Of a stretch of 64,000 bases of DNA, positions 51,801-64,000 are shown one piece after another. Where the stretch lies: NCBI GenBank assembly GCA_028534125.1, contig CM052832.1:14076001-14140000 (forward strand), written 5' to 3'. How positions within the stretch are numbered: position 1 is the stretch's first letter; the number at the start of each line of letters is the position of its first letter. The notes beneath the pieces are model-generated. The model searched no databases, was not told where the DNA came from, and was given only the letters and a program-made list of their open reading frames with translations. Origin of the DNA: Lama glama. Lineage: Eukaryota. The translations under genes were made by a program, and so were the position numbers.

Positions 51801-54800
51801 AGGTCTCTAGCCACTTGCAGGTTCTAGCCAGGCGGAAATCACGGGAGATTCAGTCCAAGCTGAAGGTATGGGGTCCCCTGCCACTTGGCCTGGCCTTGCC
51901 CAGACCTGATGTTGCTTTCTGACCCCAGCCCGGGGCAGGGAAGGGGCTGAGGAGCTAGAGGGGCAGCAGGACATGCGTCTCAGAAGTACAAGTGGCAGAA
52001 GCCCAAAGGCCACTTCAGGTCACAGCCCCTGGAGGCTGAGTAGGAGCCCAGGGGGACAGCCAGCCCTACAGTGAGGGAGAGGAAGACCACCTGGGGCCAC
52101 TAAGGCCCACCTCTCTGCTTCTCCATTTTCCTTTTCTGCTTCCTCCTAATTGCTGCTTGCTAATTGCATGGGGACTTCAGGTGGGCGAGGAGGAGTCACT
52201 GGGGGTACTGGCTGGCAGGGCTGCCTTGGGTGCTCAATTCTGGCTGCTCTGCGGCTGAGGACCTCAGGGTCTGGGATTCATGGCCTGAGCCCTCTTCTCC
52301 CTGCCCACAGCTGCCCAGCAGACTGGGCCGTCCACCCCTGCCCTCATACCCATAGCACAGCCCAATGGATGTGGACACACCCAAGGCCCCTTCTTCCTCA
52401 TCCTACCCTTTTCCGGGCACCCTTCGCTGGCACACACTCCCTCTGGGTGGCTGGGGGAGGAGCCACAGCTGCCTCTCATCTCCCTGGGTTCCCAGGAGCT
52501 GAGAGCTAGGTGGGCACTGAGAGCAGGCCCTCATTTGTGTCTCTAATAATGCATCCTCCCTCTCTTCCACAGGCCATGAACCTGGTAAGTACCACTGCCC
52601 CTCTGCGGCAGGGTGGGGAGTGATGGAGGGGAGAGCACCTAATATAGGATTTTCAAATTATGGGTTGAGAAATCAGTGTTATAGGCTTGGAAACAGCATT
52701 TTTAAAAAATGGATTATAGTGGTTCTCAAACTTTAGCAAGCATCAGAATCACCCGAAGAGCCTATCTGTGAAGACCAATTTCTCAGCCTCAGAGTTTCAG
52801 ATTTGGTGGGTCTGGGCTGGGGCCTGAGAATTTGATTTCTAACAAGCTTCTAGGTGATGCTGGTGCTGTTGGTTTATGGACCACACTTTGAGAACCACTG
52901 ATGAAACAGAAAATATGAGAGTGCCGGACACACAAAATAAGCAAAATAAGGGGGAGTATTTTGGAGTATACTGGGTTATGGAATAAAATAAAATCTCTTA
53001 CTCTGGACTGTGGTCAGATGGGTGATGTACACTTAGGAGACATGGCCTGGGAGGCAAGCCCTTGTCCTGTCTCTGGCCTGGCCCAGACCTCATGCGGCTT
53101 TCCCTCTCCCAGGACCAGGTCTCCAAGGATAAAGCCCTCCAGAGCATGGCGTCTATGTCTTCCGCTCAGATTGTCTCTGCCAGCGTCCTACAGAACAAGT
53201 TCAGCCCACCCTCCCCTCTGCCCCAGGCCGTCTTCTCCACTTCCTCACGGGTACAGGGGTCCTGGGAGTTGGTGCTGGGGTGAGGGGTTGCCTTCAGGGC
53301 TGGGCTGGGTGGGGATCCTGGATACTGAGGGCCTGGGCTTTATCCCATCTCTGCAGTTCTGGAGCAGCCCCCCTCTCCTGGGACAGCAGCCTGGACCCTC
53401 TCAGGAGTGAGTATTGTGGCACGTCCTTCCCATACCCTCTTCTTCCCCTGGCAGCCACGCTGGACTTCCCCTCCCATCTGGGTCCTAGCAACAGCTGAGC
53501 ACGGTCTTAATGCAAAAATAGAGGGTTGGAGAGCACCAGTAAAGACAGCTAATGATCTGTCTTTTCATTCATATGTTCATTCAGCAGCCACTCGTCATCC
53601 ATCCTTCCATTATTTTTCACTCAGTTAATCACTGAGTCAATCTCTCAGTCAACGAGTCAGGTAGTCAAGTATACTCAGCTCCTTCAACTCTGAGATGACT
53701 TTCTTCCTAAGACACACCCTCCATGTAATGAACAGCTGTGCAGGGTGGGGTTTGAAATGCTGCATTAATTGTGCACATCAATTGTGAGATGCAGCGGGAC
53801 TTCATAAAAGTTAAAATGGGAAGAAAACAAAAAGCTGTGAGTTAGCAAGCCAACGTGCATTTCTGGGCCTTTGCAGAAAGGCCGGGTGGCTCCCTAGTAA
53901 GATCCCAAAGGAGACCCATGTGACTGGGCCAGGCAGAAGGTGGGAAAAGGGTGACCCTCTAACCAGCCCCTGCTCCTGTCTGCAGCGTCAAGCCCTTTGC
54001 ACAGCCAGCCTACCCTGTCCAGCCACCCCTACCGCCGACGCTCAGCAGTAAGTTCTCCACATGAGGCAGCCGCCACCACTTCTCCCTCCATCCCTCGGCA
54101 CCTGTGCCTCTGCTCAGACCAGCTGGGTTCCAACTGTGTGTGTGTGTGTGTGTGTGTGTCTGTGTGTGTGTAGTGGGAGGGGTCTGGAGGAGATTGAGAC
54201 AGACCAGGAGTAGCCCCCTTACCTTTTACAATGTTGCTTCCAGGACTGCTACAAGTACACACGACCATGATTATTACATTGATATATGTATTTATATATA
54301 TGTAACATTTAATTCCTTGTAAGGAAGTACACTGAAATCTTAAAGTTTTACTTGCTCTAGGGGTTGGGATTCTGAATCATTTTTTCAAAATTTTTTTATT
54401 TAAGTTGATTTACAATCTTAGTTTCAGGTGTACAGTAAGGTGATTCAGTTATATGGTTAATTTTTCCCTTTTTCCTTATCTGTATGCACACACATTAATA
54501 GTGACATGAGGAAAAATCCACTACTAGGGCCACCTCACACAGTGGTGCAGGTTGTGCACTGTACAAGGACACCTGGCAGGGGAGTCAAAATCCAGCCTGT
54601 ATTCCTTCACAGAAGGGGCACCATTTTCTAACTCACACAAAGGCGCTGTGCAGGGGGGCAGCAACGTGTGCTGCCACGCCCACACCCATGCAGACAAGGG
54701 TCTATCTCCTCCTCCCAGGTTATGAGCCCCTGGCACCGCTCCCCTCAGCTGCTGCCTCTGTGCCCGTGTGGCAGGACCGCACCATTGCCTCCTCCCGACT

Positions 54801-56092
54801 GCGGCTCCTCGAGTACTCCGCCTTCATGGAGGTGCAGCGAGACCCTGACACGGTAATGTAGGGGGTGGAGGCAAGGGTCTGTGCGCTCGTGGAGAGACCC
54901 TGGAGGTGGTGATCCGGGGCCATATCTCAGAGTCATGGGTTGGGAAGCCACAGGGCAGGTATGTCCGGGTGCAGCTGCCCAGGCCCACACACTCGGTGCT
55001 CTCCTGACCCGGTCCGGGGCCCTCCCCACAGTACAGCAAACACCTGTTTGTGCACATCGGCCAGACCAACCCCGCCTTCTCAGACCCACCCCTGGAGGCA
55101 GTGGACGTGCGTCAGATCTATGACAAGTTCCCAGAGAAGAAAGGGGGACTGAAGGAGCTCTATGAGAAGGGGCCCCCCAATGCCTTCTTCCTCGTCAAGT
55201 TCTGGGTGAGCTGCTCTGGTCACTCTCTGCTCCCAATGACCCCAACCCTGAGAAGTGCAGTACACCTGGGCCCACCCCACTAACCCCTGACCCTGCCCTC
55301 TCTCCGGGGGGCCTGTACAGGGCACAAGGTGGGAGATGGATCTCTGGGCGGGACTAGTGTGGCATTAGGGTGGGAAGCCTGCCTCAGCCTCCACCAGCAC
55401 CTGACACCATCCACCACCTCCTCCAGGCGGACCTCAACAGCACCATCCAAGAAGGCCCCGGAGCCTTCTATGGGGTCAGCTCCCAGTACAGCTCGGCTGA
55501 CAGCATGACCATCAGTGTCTCCACCAAGGTGTGCTCCTTTGGCAAGCAGGTGGTGGAGAAGGTGGAGGTGAGTGGGGGCCCCGGGGTGGCCCGGTGGGGC
55601 TGGGAGTCGGCAGGCCAATTGATGCCCCGTGGCTCTCGGCAGACCGAGTACGCCAGGCTGGAGAACGGGCGCTTCGTGTACCGCATCCACCGCTCGCCCA
55701 TGTGTGAGTACATGATCAACTTCATCCACAAGCTGAAACACCTGCCCGAGAAGTACATGATGAACAGCGTCCTGGAGAACTTCACCATCCTGCAGGTGTG
55801 GGGCTGTGAGGGTTGTGGGGGGTCACAGGGGGCCCTCGGTACAGGGGCCTCTAAGTAGGGGTGGCCAGACCCATGCTTCAGATGAGACTGAGGCCCAGAA
55901 AGAGAAAGGTCTGCTCAGCCCCCACACCCCATGGCCCTGTGCCGCCTGACCTCTCGCGTCTTCCTGCCCGGCTCCCAGGTGGTCACAAGCCGGGACTCCC
56001 AAGAGACCCTGCTCGTCATTGCTTTCGTCTTTGAAGTCTCCACCAGTGAACATGGGGCCCAGCACCACGTCTACAAACTCGTCAAAGACTAG
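45285..56092 (+). CDS. TEAD3: TEA domain transcription factor 3 (TEF-5), 435 aa, non-AUG (ATA) start
   Basis: Coding exons: 45285-45486, 47425-47489, 51529-51591, 52573-52584, 53113-53250, 53357-53406, 53986-54047, 54719-54852, 55032-55205, 55427-55567, 55643-55795, 55979-56092, total 1308 nt, all GT-AG. TEA domain ([30 protein letters not shown]) and YAP-binding domain ending [10 protein letters not shown]. Confidence 0.97.
47425..47489 (+). CDS. TEAD3: TEAD3 exon 3
   Basis: (G)[21 protein letters not shown] |gtaaga. Confidence 0.96.
49507..49636 (-). mobile_element. tRNA-derived SINE (Vic-1-like) in TEAD3 intron 3
   Basis: B-box complement gggattgaaccc. TSD actttcggttaa at 49481-49492 and 49643-49654. 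Confidence 0.82.
51529..51591 (+). CDS. TEAD3: TEAD3 exon 4a (canonical TEA helix 3)
   Basis: ccctag| [21 protein letters not shown] |gtatgt. Confidence 0.95.
51803..51865 (+). CDS. TEAD3: TEAD3 alternative exon 4b (tandem paralogue of 4a)
   Basis: (CT)n-ctacag| [21 protein letters not shown] |gtatgg; 63 nt, phase 0/0. Confidence 0.8.
52573..52584 (+). CDS. TEAD3: TEAD3 12-nt microexon (AMNL)
   Basis: ctctcttccacag|GCCATGAACCTG|gtaagt. Confidence 0.92.
53113..53250 (+). CDS. TEAD3: TEAD3 exon 6
   Basis: [46 protein letters not shown]. Confidence 0.95.
53357..53406 (+). CDS. TEAD3: TEAD3 exon 7
   Basis: [16 protein letters not shown](D) |gtgagt. Confidence 0.93.
53986..54047 (+). CDS. TEAD3: TEAD3 exon 8
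   Basis: [20 protein letters not shown] |gtaagt. Confidence 0.93.
54719..54852 (+). CDS. TEAD3: TEAD3 exon 9
   Basis: [44 protein letters not shown]. Confidence 0.95.
55032..55205 (+). CDS. TEAD3: TEAD3 exon 10
   Basis: [58 protein letters not shown]. Confidence 0.96.
55427..55567 (+). CDS. TEAD3: TEAD3 exon 11
   Basis: [47 protein letters not shown]. Confidence 0.96.
55643..55795 (+). CDS. TEAD3: TEAD3 exon 12 (contains the palmitoylation Cys of the SPMCEY motif)
   Basis: [51 protein letters not shown]. Confidence 0.96.
55979..56092 (+). CDS. TEAD3: TEAD3 exon 13 (last coding)
   Basis: [37 protein letters not shown]. Confidence 0.96.
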   Translation: MVTSRDSQETLLVIAFVFEVSTSEHGAQHHVYKLVKD

Positions 56093-57353
56093 GGTGCTCT
56101 CTGCCCCCACCACCACGATTTACACACCTGCCTGGCACCCCCGGGTCCAGGATTGAGGACTCATCTGCCTGCCAGGCCTCAGGCCCAGGACCTAGGAGGC
56201 CTCCCCCCACCCCCAGCACACACACTCCCTGCCACTGTTCTGCGCTTTAATTGTGGGAGAAGAGAGGAGGGCTCAGCGGTGGAGCAGCCTGGCCGGGATG
56301 CTGAACCACCAGCCTGGAAAGAGTGGGAGGACCCCTTCTGGCTCAGGCGTGTGTGGCCACTGGCCCCTCAGGTGGGTGGGGGCAGAATGGAGACCCCTGG
56401 AAAGAGAGTGTCCACTTGGGGTTGGGTTGAGAAGAAGAGAGAGGCGCCCACCTCCCTGGGCTGGCTGTGTGCCAGGCCTGGTGCAGAACGCTCAGACCCT
56501 GCAGGGCAAGGGCAGGTCTTGGTGTTTGGGCTGAGGGATCCGTCAGTGATGTGGGCAGAGCTGGAGTTCTCACCCAGGCGGCCTGTCCCTGGGCCCAGGT
56601 TTACACTACCTCCCCCGAGTGGGGGCGGCCACAGGGTGTGGGAGGCAGGGTCTGCACTGAGGGGCTGGGGCCAGCTGGGTCGGGGACCCACTTCCTCCCA
56701 GAGCCCTGCCAGCCTGCCATCTGGCCAGGCGCTTTGGGAGACTCCTGTGCCGACCTCCAGGCTGCTTGGCCCAGATCCGGGCCCGAGCCCCGCAACTGGC
56801 AGCCCCCGAGAGGCTCCTGCGGGCAGGCCCAGGCTCAGGAACAGGCTAGAGGGTCAGGTAGGAAGATGGAGTCCCAGTCCCTGGGCAGACCAGTGGCCCA
56901 GGGACAAGGTAGCAGAAGGCTATGGTATTTTCACCTAACTGGTGCACCCTCGCTGGGCACCATGCCCTCGTTTTCCCCACCTGCGTCTCTCTGGCTGGAG
57001 CAGCAGCTCCCCAGACCCAGTCTGGGACTGAAGGTTCACCCTTACCCTGCTGCCCATTCCCAACCCCCAGGGCCCTCAACCTCCAGCCTTGTCCTCCAGC
57101 CGCCTCTGGGTATTTATAAGTTTCATATGAAGTACTGTGCCCCTTCCCTTCCTCACCCCGCCCCTGAGCTTCCTGAAGGTCCTCACAGTTTGCATACCGC
57201 TCAGGCCACCTCCAAACCCAACCTAGGTTTTATAATGTATATTATATATATTTTGTGTATTTTTTAAATCCAGCTGTGATGGGTTATATCATAAATGTGG
57301 CGTGAGGCTGGGGCAGGAGCCCTCAAAGCCGGGCTCCTGCTCAAAAAAAAAAA

Positions 57354-57359
57354 ATTAAA
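57354..57359 (+). terminator. TEAD3: TEAD3 polyadenylation signal (ATTAAA)
   Basis: ATTAAA after an AU-rich distal UTR, followed by GU-rich sequence. Confidence 0.65.
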
Positions 57360-58001
57360 GTTATTTGTTTGTGGGTTAGTCATATGACCAGTTGTGTGCC
57401 AGTTGTGGGACAGCTTTGGGGGGAAGGAGAGTATCCACTTGGGGTTGGGTTGAGAAGTCCTGATGTCACCCCACCTCACTCCGTTTCTGCTGGGGTCCAC
57501 CAGTGCTCCCCACACTCAAAATAGGTATGAAGATTCAAAGGTCCTGTGAAAACCTTGCCAGCTCGAACTTTCTCCTGCCCCTCCTGCCCTGAGTGAGCAC
57601 TGCAACGTGGCCAGTGCTGGTCTGAGCTCTTTATGTTGCGTTGCTTCTTTAAGTGAAGGCTTTAAGACTTGCCTCAGGTGACTTCAGTACCCTCATTAAA
57701 GCCCCACAGTTCTCAGTGACTGCTACTGGTTCTCTCCGCCCAGTCTTCCTTCTGCAAGGGAAGGGGCTGCCGGGAGGTGAGTGCCCGCCCAGGTGGAAGG
57801 CTGCTAGCTAGGGAAGCAGGACTCCAAACCTGCTCCTATTTGCTTGGGAAAACCTCTCCTGAGCCATCCTGCGCTCACACAGCAGGGACCCCGGAGTAGG
57901 GAGTGGAGGAGTGTATCCTCAATGGACATGTGTTAATTATCAGAAAGTCAAATTTAACTGGGCATCATGTATTTTTTTATTTTACTTTTAAAGTTTTTTT
58001 G

Positions 58002-58112
58002 AGGGGGGAGGTAATTATGTTTATTTATTTACTTAACGGAGTGCTGGGAATTGAACCCGGGACCTCATGCATGCTAAGCATGCACTCTACCAGTTGAGCT
58101 ATACCCTCCCCC
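58002..58112 (-). mobile_element. tRNA-derived SINE (Vic-1-like), near full length
   Basis: Minus strand ggggagggtatagctcaactggtagagtgcatgcttagcatgcatgaggtcccgggttcaattcc (A and B boxes). Degenerate TSD ggcatcatgtatttt / ggcattgtgtatttt. Confidence 0.85.
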
Positions 58113-60084
58113 TGGCATTGTGTATTTTCATTTGCTAAATCTGGCAACCCTACTCTAGAATCTAGCATCTTCTAGAGCATTCTCATCCAACCTCCAATTT
58201 GCAGATGGAGAAACAGATTGAAGTTAAATGCTCTCCTCACTCAGCTGTCAGTGGCAACACTAATATTTGAACCTGGGCTGCCTGACTCCAGGCACATGCA
58301 CCTGGTATACTGTTAATCAGATGGCCTTTTTTCTTGGTCCACTGCATTGGAGGGACCCTAGACTGTCACTTACAGGATGGGGAGGGTGCCTGGAGCCCCA
58401 GCCAGGTGGGAGGAGATCCTGGAGGCAGAAATTGGTTTATGAAGGATCTACAATGTGCTACGCTTAGGGCTGGATGCAAAATCCAATCTAATAGATGACT
58501 ACATCTGTTGGGTGCTGGAATCATCACGTGGGTTGTTGCCTTCACTCTCCTGGAGTAAACAGCTTTCAGGTAATTTCTCTTAGAATAGTGTAGGTCTCTC
58601 ATGCAGAAAACTTGAGAAGTGAACTGTGACTGGCCTTGTTGCTTACCACCCCCCAACACACAACTGTTTACAGGTCAAGGGTGGGTGATAACTACATGGT
58701 TTTGAGGTCCCTCAAAGAGGGAAAAACCAGAATAAAAAGGTGGGTCTCGAGAGCCTAAAGCCCAGGACTCTCTCCTGGAAGTGGCTCTCCCTGCTCAAGA
58801 TTCTGCGGGAAGCTGTAGGGAATGGCCAAGAAAGCAAGGGCCCAAAGAAGAGGCCAGTAGTCCTGTTTGTCCTGCTCCTCTGTTTCTCCCTTCCAACATC
58901 CCTAGGGGAGAGAGGAATGCCATCATTTTGTAAATTCCACAATCAAGGTCCGAGCACTGTGCAGGGGACTCATGGGGGCTCTTTATTTCCCTGTAGCACA
59001 AATGCTGGAGAACTGGGGCTCCCCCGATACCTGAAACTTTTATTCTAACTCAGGTGCACACAAAGCTTTAATCATCCTAGAGGCTGGGGTTTGATTACAA
59101 TAGTTCAACCTTATAATCCAGTCTGTCACCACACGTGTTCTCCATTTGCTTTACTTTCCTATTCTGTCTCCTACTCCTTCCTTTTTTTGTGGTGCTCTGC
59201 GCCCCTGGAGGGCAGTGGTGCACAGACCAGCAGAAAGAGGTGCATCAGTGTTCGTTAAGCGTAGAGTTGGTGTTGAAGGACTTCTACCCCAATACATAAT
59301 AAGGCTTAATATAAAGTGGAGTGGGTTTGATTTAAATTCAGGTGACTCAAATCAATAATCCAGGAAGACCCAAGTTACCAAGTTTTTTTTTTTTTTTAAA
59401 TATCCACAGAATTTCCAAAACTATTTTTAAGGATTTCAATCCTTGGCAGTTTTCAAACAGGAAGATGTGACTGATTTTGAAGGCACCTTTGTCTCCCCAT
59501 TGATACGTCCTCAGGACGGCCTCCATTCCATCCGTCCTAACCGCCAATGAGCCAGGCAAGGTACTCACGTACCAGGGCCGGTACACATCCGTACGTAGCT
59601 GTACCTATTTACTGTTTTACAGCTTGTGTTTTTGAGTACTAAGTGCCTGGCACCATGCAAAGCATGTCATGGGTTTAGGTAGGTATCAGCTACACTTTCA
59701 GGAGAGTTTTCTAGAAGTTAATAGGGTGGCTGAACAGGCTCCTGTGGCTGCTAAGCGGAAGAGCTGGGACTCAGGCAGTGGGGAGGCCTCAGCCCACAGG
59801 CAGTACACAGCTGGCCTTGTACACACAGTATATGCCTGGTCAGAATCCTGTGACACCCTTGCTCTGCCACATTACTTGTAACAGCATGGCGGCTGGCACA
59901 GGCCCTTCTGGCTCCTGTAAGTGGTTTATCTCAGACCCTGTGATCATCACCTCTTAAGATCTTGGCTGCCAGGGCCCACCTTAGCAAGCACGAGGGACCT
60001 GCTCTCTCCCGCTGTACTCAGCTTTGCAAGAGAGGGGGCATAAAGTGCACTCATATTTTCTTGCTTTATTAAGTTGCCTTTTTG

Positions 60085-60170
60085 TTTTGTGGGAGGTACT
60101 GAGGATTGAACCCAGGATCTCATGCATGTTAACCCATGTGCTCTACCACTTGAGCTATACCTTCCCTCAA
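60085..60170 (-). mobile_element. tRNA-derived SINE (Vic-1-like), short form
   Basis: Same tRNA-like head. TSD gttgccttttt at 60073-60083 and 60174-60184. Confidence 0.8.
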
Positions 60171-61358
60171 GTGTTGCCTTTTTAAACACCTTACAACTTC
60201 TACAACTCCCTTCATTTAACTCCTAGCTTTGAATATAAACCAACATTTTGGTATGTAAGCTTCCAATCGCTACACATAAAAGTTTTTCCTTTCAATATAA
60301 TTGGGTCCTAGTTTTACAGCCAGCTTTTTCCTCTCCTTATCTACTGGGAACACTGTTCAAGTACCAGGGGAAGGCGCAAGCTAGACCTGTCACTTTGAGA
60401 ACCAAAATTTGCTGCTCATCACAAGGATTATGGTTACTTTACCTGCAATTAACTTAAAAGCTAAAATGACAAATCCTTTTTGTGAATACTTTGCATTCAT
60501 CTTTCGAACACAGATAAAGCTAGTTTTGTGCATTTTAGCTTATGCTTTGGATTAGCCTTTCAGCTTTGGTTCCTTTACCAAAATTTTTTTTTACATTTTT
60601 TATTGATTCATAATCATTTTACAGTGTTATGTCAAAACCTTTACCAAAATTAAATGGAGCAAAGTCAAAGGTTGGACCACAGTTACTTCCCACACCAGAA
60701 GCTACCTTTCCAGTACTGAGGTGGATGAACTCCCAACAGAAGTTCCCCAGGAAGGGAGAAGGCCTAAGTTTCCAGTTGGATTCCACCCTAAATTCCCCTA
60801 GAAAACAGGATCCATGGATCAGTGTTACCAGGTCTTCTAATTTTTTTCCTAAGCATCTCACCTAGTAAACCCTACCCCAAATTTCGTGGTACTCAATTTG
60901 GGGTCAAGTATTAGATGGACCAGACTAATCTTGGGTTCCTTGGGATCCATACAGACCAAGACCCCAAATAATTTAGACGGGTTAAAAAAAAAACTCTCCA
61001 AACAAAATAAAGAGAAGCAACTTCAGGACATAGGTTAAACATGCTGCTGATGTGAAGGTTCCACCCCTGCCCTTGCACTGGTAACCAGCCGCAGCAGTAC
61101 AGGTTGGGGCCCTGATCTGCTCCACTGTTTTTCTAAAAGCTTCAGTCCTGATTTAGCAGCCCTAATGTAACATTTTAAGTATCCAAGAGATACTTATCCA
61201 AGACTGCAAGGCATTGAAGAAGAATGCCCTGCCTTGTTTGTAGTGAAGGACTAACAAACCTTCACTGGGCCATCAGAGCAGTGCTGTAGCGCACAAGGTC
61301 AGCTTCCAAAGCACCTCCCTCCCCATAGCCACAGGAGACAGATAATGGTGGCAGCTGG

Positions 61359-61364
61359 TTTATT
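61359..61364 (-). terminator. RPL10A: RPL10A polyadenylation signal
   Basis: AATAAA on the minus strand, 10 nt after the TAA stop. Confidence 0.85.
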
Positions 61365-61374
61365 AAGCTGTGCC

Positions 61375-63744
<2,370 letters not shown>

Positions 63745-63765
63745 GATGCCTCGCTCTGCGAAAAC

Positions 63766-63840
63766 AGGGAAAAAGACAAACTCTGCTCGCGCATGCGTTC
63801 AAATAGGGCCTTATTCTCGCGAGAGATACCTACTTCCGGT
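63766..63840 (-). promoter_or_regulatory. RPL10A: RPL10A promoter: TCT/5'TOP start, NRF1, BANP/ZBTB33 palindrome, ETS/GABP
   Basis: Minus CTTTTTCCCT at 63775-63766; CGCGCATGCG at 63788-63797; TCTCGCGAGA at 63815-63824; ACTTCCGG at 63832-63839. Confidence 0.8.
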
Positions 63841-64000
63841 GGCTTCCTTCTTGAGCACGGTCAGGCAACTCAGTCCCGGGGTTGGGGGGCGCCGCCCGCG
63901 GCCGCGAGAGGGCGCCACCGGCGCGCGTTGCATCTTTAGACCCGCGCGCGGCGACCCGAGATGCGGCGGTGACGGGGGCCCCGTGGCAACTTAGTATACC

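Noticed and set aside
56153..57267. 261- and 266-aa ORFs after the TEAD3 stop
   Set aside because: GC-rich 3' UTR, non-ATG starts, no recognisable protein features.
58040..58112. Possible tRNA gene (A and B boxes)
   Set aside because: Has an AT-rich tail, a TSD and several diverged copies, so it is a SINE head.

Overview
Mammalian genomic DNA, very probably camelid given four tRNA-derived SINEs resembling the Vic-1 family. It contains three intact spliced genes in the order known from human 6p21: TULP1 (+, 15 coding exons, 22891-34594), TEAD3 (+, non-coding exon 1 in a CpG island, CDS 45285-56092 starting at a non-AUG ATA, 435 aa) and RPL10A (-, 6 exons, 63744-61375, 217 aa). The first ~22 kb is repeat-rich intergenic DNA: L1 3' ends with target-site duplications, a decayed ERV-L pro/pol, LTRs, L2/MIR/MER elements and a 500-N gap. 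I see no wholly new gene system. The most interesting signals are regulatory or splicing-level: (1) a second, tandemly duplicated 63-nt TEAD3 exon encoding an alternative TEA-domain recognition helix; (2) a structured element and alternative 5' splice site in RPL10A intron 3 consistent with autoregulatory splicing-coupled NMD; (3) a tandem TEAD motif in TEAD3's own exon 1; (4) phase compatibility for an in-frame TULP1-TEAD3 read-through; (5) 6-nt and 12-nt microexons; (6) an ambiguous GC/GT donor at TULP1 exon 3. Coordinates were read by eye and repeat family names come from recalled consensus similarity, not from searches.
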